Origin: a virus
Lineage: Duplodnaviria; Caudoviricetes
Length of the DNA stretch: 64,000 nt
Reading direction: 5' to 3' (one strand)
IMG/VR virus record: IMGVR_UViG_3300044614_001923
A model generated the notes under the pieces. That model had not been told where the DNA came from and did not search any database. It saw nothing but the letters and a program-made list of their open reading frames with translations. Position 1 is the first letter of the stretch, and each line of letters opens with the position of its first letter. Below, piece by piece: positions 46,142-56,192 of the stretch. The position numbers were made by a program, and so were the translations under genes.

Positions 46142-46363
46142 TTACTCTTCTATTTTTTCGTCAGTTGATTGTTGATTTTCTTCATCAGTTTCTTCTAAAA
46201 GTTCAGAAACTATTTTTTCATTTCCTTCCATGACCTTTAATGTGTACATGGGAGACTTCATATATTTTTTAATTTTTTTATACTTTTTTAAAAGTTTTTT
46301 AACTTCATCAGTATAGATAGTAACTTTTGCTTTGCTGCTATCACTTTCAAATCCTTGAGTCAT
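46142..46363 (-). CDS. Hypothetical protein
   Basis: 73-aa ORF in a coupled gene run. Confidence 0.7.
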   Translation of the reverse strand: MTQGFESDSSKAKVTIYTDEVKKLLKKYKKIKKYMKSPMYTLKVMEGNEKIVSELLEETDEENQQSTDEKIEE

Positions 46364-46710
46364 TTTCTTTTCTTTTTATTTGGCGCTTTATATCCCCAAA
46401 GTTTGGGACTTACTCTTCCATAACCAAAGTCAATTTTTTTAATTGCTCCTGGTCCATACTTATCATAATACATATCAAAAATTCGAACCCTTGTTCCCCT
46501 CGTCAAATCAACATGATCAGTTTCTCCGATAGTATACCAAACCAAATATGCATCGTTAGGAAAAGAAGTATCTTTTGCTTTTTCTAGAGTTGTTTTTTCT
46601 AGTAAAATTTCACATCCATAATCTGAGGAAAGAACGTTTTTTTCTTCTTTTCCATATTCTGTCATATTTTTCTCCGTATCTACTGCGGATATCATGAACG
46701 ACCACCCCAA
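46360..46710 (-). CDS. Hypothetical protein
   Basis: 116 aa; FDMYYDKYG..IDFGYGRVSPKLW. Confidence 0.75.
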   Translation of the reverse strand: MGWSFMISAVDTEKNMTEYGKEEKNVLSSDYGCEILLEKTTLEKAKDTSFPNDAYLVWYTIGETDHVDLTRGTRVRIFDMYYDKYGPGAIKKIDFGYGRVSPKLWGYKAPNKKKRK

Positions 46711-47288
46711 GTGATATCGGGATATGCCTCTTTTACATTATCAATTGATAATTTATATTTATCAGTCAATCGTTTGTCCTTTACAAGACACATAATTTCT
46801 GCTTCAAGGGGATGAAGTCCTTGTAGCATGTTAATAAACATTGTCTCTTTTCGAATCTGAGACAATTCATTATTACCACCATTAACAAAAATATAAAAGT
46901 TTTTACATTCGTTTCTAATGGAAGTCTTGGACGTTTCTTCTACAAATTCTTCTGTGCCATAATATCCATTTGATTTTAATCCAGCATTTTTTGCTTTACT
47001 ATCAATCAAATCAGTTAAGTTTCCACCAACAGATGTTTGACCATCTACATTTGCATAAGGAACTGCGCCCTCAGGAACTGCACTAGTGATACTAGGATCA
47101 AAGTTCCAAATTAAAAGAGTCACAAGACCATCATTTCGGTACTCTTTTAGAATTTCAACTTTCTTTGCATTAGATCTTTGTTTTGAAACAAGATCTAAAA
47201 TCTCGTGTTGAAATGGATTTGGTTGAAGTTTTTGAATAGGAGTTTCAGTCTTCCTCTTCGTCGTCGTCTTCGTTGTACTCATAGTCAT
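46692..47288 (-). CDS. Hypothetical protein
   Basis: ~198 aa; LIWNFDPSI..PEGAVPY; LQGLHPLEAE..KDK.L; start at MTMS or MSTT. Confidence 0.75.
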   Translation of the reverse strand: MTMSTTKTTTKRKTETPIQKLQPNPFQHEILDLVSKQRSNAKKVEILKEYRNDGLVTLLIWNFDPSITSAVPEGAVPYANVDGQTSVGGNLTDLIDSKAKNAGLKSNGYYGTEEFVEETSKTSIRNECKNFYIFVNGGNNELSQIRKETMFINMLQGLHPLEAEIMCLVKDKRLTDKYKLSIDNVKEAYPDITWGGRS

Positions 47289-47475
47289 TCTCAAATCGTA
47301 CTGCTAAAATTTCATCTGGTATTACATTTCCATTTTCGTCAAACATTTCTGGATGAGTATATGCAACGTAATTTTTTTCATAAAAATGCTGTTTTGCCAT
47401 CCACCCAAACATTCCTCCCACAAAGAAAAACATGATAGAAATTAAAGTGGTAATGGTAAGCGTTACTGCTAACAT
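47245..47475 (-). CDS. Small membrane protein
   Basis: N-terminal hydrophobic helix, HPEMFDENG motif, acidic tail. Confidence 0.75.
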   Translation of the reverse strand: MLAVTLTITTLISIMFFFVGGMFGWMAKQHFYEKNYVAYTHPEMFDENGNVIPDEILAVRFENDYEYNEDDDEEED

Positions 47476-47497
47476 TTTTAAACCTCCACAAAGAGAG

Positions 47498-47710
47498 TTA
47501 CTTTTTTACAATATTAAAAGAAATTTCAAAATGAAAATGTATCTCCCTTTTGAGGAGAGATATCATCTTACCAAACGCAAGTTGAAACGTTCTCGGCTTT
47601 GATGGTTCCTCCTCCTTATTATATTGACGTAACATTAATTCAAATCCTCTATTGATATGAGGATCTGAACTATTTAGACTGTTTTTTGCGTCTTCCTGGT
47701 CGTTTATCAT
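47498..47710 (-). CDS. Hypothetical protein
   Basis: INRGFELML..REIHFHFEI; start uncertain. Confidence 0.6.
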   Translation of the reverse strand: MINDQEDAKNSLNSSDPHINRGFELMLRQYNKEEEPSKPRTFQLAFGKMISLLKREIHFHFEISFNIVKK

Positions 47711-48029
47711 AGTTGTATCTTTGTGCATCCTCTAAGATACCGTGAAGATAGTCTCTTATTTTTCTTGCTTGTGGTTTTGGAATATGACCATATGCTTCTC
47801 TAAGTTGCTTATGATCATTATCCGCCCCACCTTCAATGTAAGAACTAAGGTCTGTTATAAGACTTGTAATATTTAAAGCTGTTGGACTTACAATAAATTC
47901 CTCAACTTCAATTCTTTTAGTTCCTCTTATCTTGAGATAGTCATAAAATTTTAAAACAAACTGACCATTGAATGCAAAATCAATAGCCTTTTCTACATCA
48001 AAATAGACTTCTCGGATAGTGCTGTTCAT
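47670..48029 (-). CDS. Hypothetical protein
   Basis: 119 aa; YIEGG...LREAYGHIPKPQARKI. Confidence 0.75.
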   Translation of the reverse strand: MNSTIREVYFDVEKAIDFAFNGQFVLKFYDYLKIRGTKRIEVEEFIVSPTALNITSLITDLSSYIEGGADNDHKQLREAYGHIPKPQARKIRDYLHGILEDAQRYNYDKRPGRRKKQSK

Positions 48030-48269
48030 TTAGATAATTTTATTTTCTTGAAGGTACTTGATAGTATCGACACATCCGCCAAGATGTTCTTGATCATTCA
48101 AAATAACCTGAGGAAAAGTAGATCCCTCTCCAAATTCAGCATAAAATTGCTGAGGAGTGAAATCATCATGAAGATCATAAATCTTATGCTCAAGGTCAGA
48201 CAACTCTAGCACCTGAGCAATCTTTTGGCAATAGGGGCATCCTTGCTTAGAATAAACTGTGAATCTCAT
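48030..48269 (-). CDS. nrdC: Glutaredoxin
   Basis: VYSKQGCPYC..TFPQV..GG; start trimmed to MRFT. Confidence 0.9.
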   Translation of the reverse strand: MRFTVYSKQGCPYCQKIAQVLELSDLEHKIYDLHDDFTPQQFYAEFGEGSTFPQVILNDQEHLGGCVDTIKYLQENKII

Positions 48270-48301
48270 AAAATTATGTAAAGAAATATACCTATATTTA
48301 G

Positions 48302-48330
48302 AGTATAGTCTTTTACGCATCAAAAGTCAA
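48302..48330 (-). promoter_or_regulatory. Sigma70 promoter (followed by CTAAATA) upstream of glutaredoxin
   Basis: TTGACT, 17 nt, TATACT. Confidence 0.75.
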
Positions 48331-51300
48331 TTATGCTTGACTTTCCTTCCAAGATAATCTTGCTGAAATAGACATTGGGGTATTAACAGTAATACCAGTA
48401 GTGTTTAGTGGCGCAGCAGCAATTGTAAGAACATCTGGACCATTTGGATAAACACCATCTCCACCAAGAATACAATTTCCTAAAGAAAGCAGCGATGAAA
48501 TATCAGCAGTAAAAGCATTTGGAGTTCTTCTTCCAGTCGAATCTGGAGGGTTTCCAGTTGCTCTGAATGAAAATACTTGAGTTCCTCCACTAACAATATC
48601 AAATGAGTTATGAGAAATGACTTGACTTAGACTTGGAATTCCTTGACCTTGCCAAGTAACACTATCAACTTGACCATTTAAGATTAGACGAATTTCAACG
48701 TCATGTGTTGTTAACACTCCCAGAGAATCAAGTGCAAGTTGCATTCTATTAATAATGTCTCTCTCTCCCAATAATCCCGTAATTCCACCATCTACAGAAG
48801 GTGCAAGTCTAAGTGAGATTAATGGAATGACATCAGGAACTGGGATTACACCTCCAAAAGTATGACTAATATTAGATGCAGTTTGGTTTGCAATAAAGTT
48901 TGTAGATGCAGTTGGTCCAGACGGTGCGGAACTAAAGAAGAAATCGACGTATGCTTGTCCCCCTCCCGCAGAAATTATACGATAAACATATGCAGTTCCT
49001 TTTGCTGCAATTGCAGTACTAGTAATTTCTGTACCAAAAGAAACGTTTCCTATACTTGCAAATCCACTAGCGTCAGTCAAGAATCTGTGTATGTATCTTT
49101 CACCAAATCCTGTAACATTTGTTGGCGTTATGGCATATGCAAATGAAGATCTAAATGTATGAGTTCCCGTTCCTGCTGAAGTAAAATCAATATAAGCATT
49201 TGCTTGTGCATTCACAAGTGTAGTTGCAAGTCTAAAGGTATTACCATCTCTTCTTACGACATAATAATAATTTGCACTTGTAAGTCCGCCAATTACAGTT
49301 CCTCCAGTATTAATATACTGAACTAATGCACCAGTACTAAGTCCATGATTGTTTATTGTTACATAATCATTTCCTGGACCAAAAAATACGTTTGAAGTAT
49401 TTCTTGCAGTAAATGTTGTAATTCCAGTAGAAGTAGTACCATCGGCACGTACATAGGTATAATTTCCTGCTGTTCCAATACCAGTTGCTGTAGATCCAGA
49501 GAATGTCAAAAATGGAGCAGAGGCTGTAAACAGATAAGCATCATCATCTTCAAATTTACCGTCCATCTGTACGGTTGTTCCCCAGTGAGCAAGTGATGGT
49601 GCAAAGACTGGAGTTCCAACATTCAAAATCTCATACCTTGCAGGAAGGTTACCAGATCTCATAAATGCTTCATTTTTTTTGTTATTGTGCTTATATTGAT
49701 GTACGTAAATAACTTCACCTTCTTGATCTTTAAATCCAAAACGTATTTTTCCAGCGCCATACCAAGAATAATCCATGTATGCCATCTGTATTCTAGTTAC
49801 ATCAAGAACATAACCAGTTTCTCCAGTTCCATCGCAAGGATCAATAGACCAATTTATTTGTGCCGTTTTAGTATCAACTGTCTTAGATGTAATAACATTG
49901 CTATTCGTTGTTCCTCTGTATGCTGGTTGAACATACAATGTAGTATTATTTGGAATATTAACTATTTTATAACTTTGACCACGTATAACGATTCGGTCTC
50001 CAACTTCCAGTTGTTGTAAAAATCTTGTGCCAGATCCAATTATTTCATTTGAATTATAAGTTACACTAATTGTCCCCCCTAACTGACCTGTACTATCTCT
50101 TCTAACGGCATAAAGTTGGTCTCCATCATATTCATAGAACATTCCATTTTGGAAATCATACATTCCAGCTCTAAGTTTAGATCCTCCCCAACCTTGTACG
50201 ACCAATTGAGGGAATCCCCCAACAATTGATTGTGAAGGAGCGGTATCCATATAGTACTCAAAAGTATTTGAGTCAATAACAGACTTTACAATAAATTGCC
50301 CATTATAAGGATTTGGACCATTTGTAACTTCAGCATCTCTAATAGTAATACTTTGTGATGTAGTCAATCCATGTGGATAACGTGTTACTGCAGTTGCTGT
50401 TGTACTAATACCAGAAATAGTTGAAATATCAAGAGGAGGATTAAAGTTAATAGCGAACTGCGACGCCAAACCTTTACCTGATTGATAACGGAAATATCTA
50501 CGAGTTTGTCTTACAATTTGAGAATCTGCATTAAATCCAGCATTTATTTCAACTCCACCATCAAAAGGTCTATGTACACTAAATGAATTAGACTTCACAT
50601 AAATTGAAGTTGGCTTTAAGAAATATGTATTACTAACTGAAGTAGATGGGAGAGTACCATTGACTTGTATCTTAGTATCACTAAGAACACCATAAACTGT
50701 TCCTTCAAAGACAGTTGTACTACTGACTCCTACAACAATTGGATCTCCAGATTTGAATGATCGATTAAATTTAGTATCAAATCCCTCAACAAGATCAGAA
50801 TCTGCAGTAATTCTAATTGTACCAACACCAATATTTTCTCCATTTAGATTTGAAGAAGTTAAAGTATGTTGTGTACCAGATCCAGTTGAACTAAAAGTAA
50901 TTGCAACTCCAGCAGTAGCATTTGCAAAAGAACTAGCGAGTCTAAGACCATCTTTTGCAATTCTGATAACATAATAAGATGATCCACTAGTAAGTCCGCC
51001 TATATTGCTTCCTCCTCCATTATTATAAAGTACTTGAGTGCCAGTTGAAAGTCTATGCGAAGGAATTTCAATAAAATTATCACCACCGACATATAATTTT
51101 GACTGAGGGTTAAATGTCGCCTCAATCTTTGGTACTGTTATATTGGAGTTTGTAAATCTAAATCCCGTTGTTCCAAGACCAACAGATGATACTGAATAAA
51201 CTCCATCAAATGCGCCTGTGGTGGTAGTAAAAAATGTTTGAATTCCAACTCCAGCACTGGTGATATTAATAGCTGCTGATCCTTGTGTCTCAGATAATCT

Positions 51301-53211
51301 AAAACGATCATCAGTTACATCTCGCGTATAATATGTTAGTCCCCCAGTCAATCCTCCAATCGTTGTACCAGATCCCACTTCATAAACAACTTCAAGATTA
51401 TCACTTAAACCATGTCCTGCTATTAAAATAGTATTTTTAATTGGATTATCAACTATTTTTTGGAATGAATGGGCAGCTCCCACTGCACCGTATCCAGTAA
51501 TATCAATTCTACTACCAACTGTAGATGTTTTTAATCCAAATTGATTTGTATCTGCAACATCAATATAATACTGAGTATTGTTTGTTAGATTACTTATAGT
51601 TGTTCCTCCACCGTTATTATATGTCCATAGTTCATCAGTAATAAATCCATGATTAGCAATGTAAAAAGTATTTCTTGAACTATTTGCTATAAGAGGAACA
51701 AAAACATTTTCGGATACTGTAGATGTAGTTGCACTAAAGTTAATTCTGGTTCCACCGCCAGATGCTAATGATAAAGTACGTGAAGTTGTACCTGCTGCTT
51801 GGAAATAATAATAAGTTACAACAGTTGACTCATCATATAACTTTGCTGGATTTTGCGTAGTTACTAAAGTTTGCATGATATTGGTTCCAGAAGTAGGACC
51901 AACGCATAGCAAAGGTGTGTTTATATCAGTAACACTTGTATCCTCATTCCAGTTCACAGCATCTGATGTGGTATTAGTCATACTAAGGGCAGTATAACCT
52001 CTGTAGAATCCCAAAATTCCAGTTCCAGTAGCTGCAGTAATGCTGACTGCAGCACCTCCAGATGTATCTGATAATGAAAAACTATTCGTTGAGGCACTAA
52101 CAATATAATAACGGTTATTTGCCGTTAGTCCAGTTGGAGCAGTGCTATTGGGAGCTACAATAAAAAGAACAACTTGCCCATTAGTAAATCCATGAGAATT
52201 GATGTTGATTGCATTAGTAGCAACATCATCTCCACCTCTAGCAAACTTGGTGCTTAATGTACTGGTATAATCCCAAATATCTGTTTTGCGTATTCCCGTA
52301 CCATTGTTTGAATTATATTGATTTGGTTCAAATGTGTTAGTTGTGACAATTGTATCAGCAACTTCAACACTTGATGCGTTAAATTCAAGAGATTGGGTTC
52401 CTAGTGTATCAACGACATAAAATTCTGTCCCAGAAGTAAATCCATGAGGATAAGGAGTTGTAACTGCAATAGTTGAAGGTGTTGCACCATCAGTAGTTAC
52501 AATATCATATGCGATATCAGACCCAGTATAAAATTTTCCAGGAACTAAGTAAGTATATGCTCCACTAATTGTTCCCGTAGAATTTGCAGTGTTTCTTGCA
52601 GAAAATGTAAATATATCAGTACCAGAAACAGACTCAACAATATAACTACCATCTAAATTTGATTGGTTAAGTCCTCTGACATCAAAAGGAATTCCTACAA
52701 TAAGTCCATGATCTATACAAGTAACTGTTAGAATTTTACTTCCAGAAGTTGATTTTATATAAGTTAAGTTTAAAGCAATATCTCCAGTACTGGAATAAAA
52801 TCCAGGAATATTATTTACTAACTCTAGGGTTTCCCATTTTGTTGACTGAAGACCATATTCAAAGTCCGTATCAATAAGAGTTTGAGCTTCAGATATTCTA
52901 AATTTTGATACAGGGTCAGTATAAGTTGGAGATGGTCTAAATCTTACAGAGTCCTCTTCAATTAAGATTTGAAGGGAATCATTAGTGCTCATTGCCGAGC
53001 AATCAGCTGATAAAACAACAGTTGTTAATTCAGTATCATTATCAAAAGTTACAGATATTGCTGTCAAATTAGGATCAGCAAAATTATAAATTATCTTATT
53101 ACTTGTAACGTTAGTAATAAGAAGTAATCTTCTTCTATGAATATTTCCTTCAATCGAAACAGTATTTGTAGATGGTGTAAAAGTGTAACGATGTAAAAGT
53201 GCTTTTGCCAT
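48331..53211 (-). CDS. Giant virion structural protein (paralogue of 10989..16187)
   Basis: Same conserved N-, middle- and C-terminal blocks; at least six HGxxxGxxVxY..IGGLT..YYV..FRLA repeats. Confidence 0.8.
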   Translation of the reverse strand: MAKALLHRYTFTPSTNTVSIEGNIHRRRLLLITNVTSNKIIYNFADPNLTAISVTFDNDTELTTVVLSADCSAMSTNDSLQILIEEDSVRFRPSPTYTDPVSKFRISEAQTLIDTDFEYGLQSTKWETLELVNNIPGFYSSTGDIALNLTYIKSTSGSKILTVTCIDHGLIVGIPFDVRGLNQSNLDGSYIVESVSGTDIFTFSARNTANSTGTISGAYTYLVPGKFYTGSDIAYDIVTTDGATPSTIAVTTPYPHGFTSGTEFYVVDTLGTQSLEFNASSVEVADTIVTTNTFEPNQYNSNNGTGIRKTDIWDYTSTLSTKFARGGDDVATNAININSHGFTNGQVVLFIVAPNSTAPTGLTANNRYYIVSASTNSFSLSDTSGGAAVSITAATGTGILGFYRGYTALSMTNTTSDAVNWNEDTSVTDINTPLLCVGPTSGTNIMQTLVTTQNPAKLYDESTVVTYYYFQAAGTTSRTLSLASGGGTRINFSATTSTVSENVFVPLIANSSRNTFYIANHGFITDELWTYNNGGGTTISNLTNNTQYYIDVADTNQFGLKTSTVGSRIDITGYGAVGAAHSFQKIVDNPIKNTILIAGHGLSDNLEVVYEVGSGTTIGGLTGGLTYYTRDVTDDRFRLSETQGSAAINITSAGVGIQTFFTTTTGAFDGVYSVSSVGLGTTGFRFTNSNITVPKIEATFNPQSKLYVGGDNFIEIPSHRLSTGTQVLYNNGGGSNIGGLTSGSSYYVIRIAKDGLRLASSFANATAGVAITFSSTGSGTQHTLTSSNLNGENIGVGTIRITADSDLVEGFDTKFNRSFKSGDPIVVGVSSTTVFEGTVYGVLSDTKIQVNGTLPSTSVSNTYFLKPTSIYVKSNSFSVHRPFDGGVEINAGFNADSQIVRQTRRYFRYQSGKGLASQFAINFNPPLDISTISGISTTATAVTRYPHGLTTSQSITIRDAEVTNGPNPYNGQFIVKSVIDSNTFEYYMDTAPSQSIVGGFPQLVVQGWGGSKLRAGMYDFQNGMFYEYDGDQLYAVRRDSTGQLGGTISVTYNSNEIIGSGTRFLQQLEVGDRIVIRGQSYKIVNIPNNTTLYVQPAYRGTTNSNVITSKTVDTKTAQINWSIDPCDGTGETGYVLDVTRIQMAYMDYSWYGAGKIRFGFKDQEGEVIYVHQYKHNNKKNEAFMRSGNLPARYEILNVGTPVFAPSLAHWGTTVQMDGKFEDDDAYLFTASAPFLTFSGSTATGIGTAGNYTYVRADGTTSTGITTFTARNTSNVFFGPGNDYVTINNHGLSTGALVQYINTGGTVIGGLTSANYYYVVRRDGNTFRLATTLVNAQANAYIDFTSAGTGTHTFRSSFAYAITPTNVTGFGERYIHRFLTDASGFASIGNVSFGTEITSTAIAAKGTAYVYRIISAGGGQAYVDFFFSSAPSGPTASTNFIANQTASNISHTFGGVIPVPDVIPLISLRLAPSVDGGITGLLGERDIINRMQLALDSLGVLTTHDVEIRLILNGQVDSVTWQGQGIPSLSQVISHNSFDIVSGGTQVFSFRATGNPPDSTGRRTPNAFTADISSLLSLGNCILGGDGVYPNGPDVLTIAAAPLNTTGITVNTPMSISARLSWKESQA

Positions 53212-53251
53212 TTTTTAGATTTACCTCTATTTCTTAAAATCTACAAATTTA

Positions 53252-53440
53252 TCAACCACCCAAACCAATTGATAAAGCAACAGCAAATGACTCAGTTGCT
53301 AATGACGTTCCAGATACGGTGGTTCCATCATGAGTCACTACAGTTTTCTTATCAGTATCATAAGTTATTTCACCTTCAGCACCAGTGAAAGAAGCATGTT
53401 GTGTACTAGATCCTCTTCTTATCTGTACTTGCTTAGTCAT
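53252..53440 (-). CDS. Stand-alone Mtd_N-type anchor peptide (62 aa)
   Basis: QVQIRRGSSTQHASFTGAEGEITYDTDKKTVVTHDG. Confidence 0.8.
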   Translation of the reverse strand: MTKQVQIRRGSSTQHASFTGAEGEITYDTDKKTVVTHDGTTVSGTSLATESFAVALSIGLGG

Positions 53441-53500
53441 TATACTTTGGGACTACTAAAACTTATTTAGGCTTTGAATCAATAGCAATTAGTCTTGATT

Positions 53501-55264
53501 TTATCCAAAGTTTCCAATTGTTGTACCAGTACCAACGCATGTAACCTTCATATAAGAGTTTGATAATGCTGTTATTGTTGCAGTTGAACTAAAAGCAAGT
53601 AAATCTAATCTTGAGTTTGATGCTGGTTGAACTAAACCTTTAATTGTGATTCCGTGAGATGTGCCAGCAGTAAGAGATGCTGAAGTAAATATAGTTACTG
53701 GACTTACTGTTCCACCAACAACAATTGCGTTTGAAGCAGTATTGGCCTGCAACGTAGCAAACGTAAAGTTACCTGTTGACAATGATGCTTGAACCGTAAC
53801 TGTGCCAGCGTTCGTAACTTTTGTAACAAAAACAACTGCTTCTATTTCATAGATGTACCCGCCCAGTAAAGCGGGTCTATTTGTTGCACCAAAAAATGAT
53901 GTTCCAGGACTTGTCGTGTCATTAATTGATAAATTATCTGGTCTGCGAATAAACTGAATCTCAGGAACTAATGCTCTTCGGTTAGCATTTGTCGTATCAT
54001 CATTTGTATGATATAACAGAACTCTATCATATTCAAAAGCACCAGATTCTGGCGTAGTAAGTAGAGTTGTAGATGCAACTGATATTTTTAATGGAGCTGA
54101 GGATGCTGCAGCAGATCCCGTTCCTTCAATATGCAATTCTGCAGTTGGATTTGTAACACTAATTCCAATATTACCACCTAAAGGTTGTAAAACTATGTTA
54201 TATGTTGCTGTTGATGGAACCGTAAATCCAGATTGTATCCACTGTGCAAAATTATTACTAGAACCATATTGACCTATTGAAAGATAATTTCCACCTTGTC
54301 CCGATAAAATAGTATGGGCATTTACGGTAATATCACTGATTGATGGATTTCCTTGTGCAACTGAATTTCCTAACCTTACCACTCCAGTTACGTCAAGTTT
54401 ATATGATGGATTAGTGACACCAACTCCAAGATTACCAGAAACATAAGCACCACCAGTAACTTGAAGTGGTTGTGATACGGTTCCAGTTAAAACGTCAGAT
54501 CCAATTCCAACTTCACCTGTTGAATGGACTACAACTCTATTGGTTAGATTTGTAGATGTAGCAATACCTTCAAAAGTTCCAGAAGTTGCTGCTGTATAAG
54601 TATCAATTCTAACTTGACCACCAGCAAGTCTTATTCTATCCCACCCATTGGAAGCATCTGCATCATTTCCTTTAAATAGAAGAAGTTCCGATCTTTCTGT
54701 TCCAGTGGTCCAAACTCTTTCACCAATATAGGTGTGATTATAAGAACCAGGACCATCACCAGTTGTTCCATAAAATGCAATATAATTTGAAGTTGTTGAA
54801 ACTCCAAGTCTCAAGTTACCATCAACTTGAAGTCTTTCTCCAGGATTTGTGGATCCTATTCCAAGATTACCAGAAACATAAGCACCACCAGTAACTTGAA
54901 GTGGTTGTGATACGGTTCCAGTTGAAGTTCCAGAACCAATAAAAACTGGTCCATTTGTAAATGTAGAGATTCCAGTTACATTAATTAATGCAAATGTAGA
55001 GACTCCAGTTACATTAATTCTTGATACGTTCGGTAACGTTGTAACACCACTAACTATTAAAGTCGTTGCTTCAATATCTTTATTTGTAATTCTTTGAGTT
55101 GCTGCAACTCCCACAAGTTCATGACCACCTTTAGTGGATCCATCATGAACTCTTAGAGTTTTATTTGTAGTGTCTACAGTTACTTCTGCTAAAGCGCCAG
55201 TAAATCCAACACCAGAAGTATGATCAGAGGTAGATCCTCTTCTAAATTGTACTTCTTTGACCAT
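53501..55264 (-). CDS. Tail fibre with Mtd_N anchor domain
   Basis: VQFRRGST..FTGALAEVTVDT..LRVHDG..GGHEL; fibre shaft modules. Confidence 0.85.
   Translation of the reverse strand: MVKEVQFRRGSTSDHTSGVGFTGALAEVTVDTTNKTLRVHDGSTKGGHELVGVAATQRITNKDIEATTLIVSGVTTLPNVSRINVTGVSTFALINVTGISTFTNGPVFIGSGTSTGTVSQPLQVTGGAYVSGNLGIGSTNPGERLQVDGNLRLGVSTTSNYIAFYGTTGDGPGSYNHTYIGERVWTTGTERSELLLFKGNDADASNGWDRIRLAGGQVRIDTYTAATSGTFEGIATSTNLTNRVVVHSTGEVGIGSDVLTGTVSQPLQVTGGAYVSGNLGVGVTNPSYKLDVTGVVRLGNSVAQGNPSISDITVNAHTILSGQGGNYLSIGQYGSSNNFAQWIQSGFTVPSTATYNIVLQPLGGNIGISVTNPTAELHIEGTGSAAASSAPLKISVASTTLLTTPESGAFEYDRVLLYHTNDDTTNANRRALVPEIQFIRRPDNLSINDTTSPGTSFFGATNRPALLGGYIYEIEAVVFVTKVTNAGTVTVQASLSTGNFTFATLQANTASNAIVVGGTVSPVTIFTSASLTAGTSHGITIKGLVQPASNSRLDLLAFSSTATITALSNSYMKVTCVGTGTTIGNFG
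54425..54923 (-). repeat. Perfect 64-bp direct repeat (54425-54488 and 54860-54923)
   Basis: Identical tccaagattaccagaaacataagcacc...gatacggttccagtt; period 435 nt (in frame). Confidence 0.95.
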
Positions 55265-55345
55265 TTATATTCTCCAATTCATTATATTCAATAGACCTTG
55301 TTAAAATTTTTATCTATCAAAATATACTTTAAGTTATTTATTTTA

Positions 55346-56191
55346 CTATACATCTGCAGTATTGGTTGAAGGATACAATCTACTTGGTCCCCATATAATT
55401 CTCACTGCTCCCTGAGCTCCAGCACCTGCCGTAGAAGCATCAGATCCACCGCCACCACCACCATAAGCGCCGCCATTAGATAAAGTTGGTTTTGTACCGC
55501 CAGATCCAGCGTTACCACCCTCTGTTGATGTTGCGGTTGCTGCGCCACTGGTTCCTTCTCCAAGAATTCCTACGCCGCCACCACCGTAACCCTGCGCTGT
55601 ACCGCCACCGCCGCCGCCACCTGCTGCTCCTCCCGTTCCAGCGCCGCCCTGAGCATTGTTTGTTGCTCCATTTCCACCATTTCCAGAATATCCTCCAGCG
55701 CCTCCACCTGCACCATTATATGAAGTACTGTTGTTACCACCAGTTCCACCATCACCACCACCGACTGTTCCACTTACTGGCCCAGCGCCAACCGTTGTTC
55801 CAGTTCCTCCAGCTCCACCAGTCGTCTGAGTACCGCCGCCGCCACCATTTGCCTGAACTAAAACAGTACCAGATCTTAAAATATTAGAAAGGACGCCTGC
55901 GATACCACTAGCAGTTCCAGCAGCTGCAGTACCACCAGATCCAACATTTATAGTTAAAGTTTCGCCAGGTGTAACTGCAAGGTTCACAATATAACGTAAA
56001 CCGCCGCCGCCACCACCAGCTACCTCAGTACCAGATGTTGCGTTTCTAGCTCCTCCTCCTCCACCGCCAACACAAACTGCAGATATTACAAATACATCTT
56101 GAGGAACAACAAAACTAGTTTGTCCAGGAGTAGTAAATAACTGCTGTCCAGCAGGCATTCTTTGATGAAAAAATGATTGTTGTATTGTCAT
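55346..56191 (-). CDS. Glycine-rich tail fibre/adhesin domain protein
   Basis: FTTPGQTSFVVP...VCVGGGGG...GAQGAVRIIWG; same domain as the C-terminus of 9132..10925. Confidence 0.8.
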   Translation of the reverse strand: MTIQQSFFHQRMPAGQQLFTTPGQTSFVVPQDVFVISAVCVGGGGGGARNATSGTEVAGGGGGGLRYIVNLAVTPGETLTINVGSGGTAAAGTASGIAGVLSNILRSGTVLVQANGGGGGTQTTGGAGGTGTTVGAGPVSGTVGGGDGGTGGNNSTSYNGAGGGAGGYSGNGGNGATNNAQGGAGTGGAAGGGGGGGTAQGYGGGGVGILGEGTSGAATATSTEGGNAGSGGTKPTLSNGGAYGGGGGGSDASTAGAGAQGAVRIIWGPSRLYPSTNTADV

Positions 56192-56192
56192 A

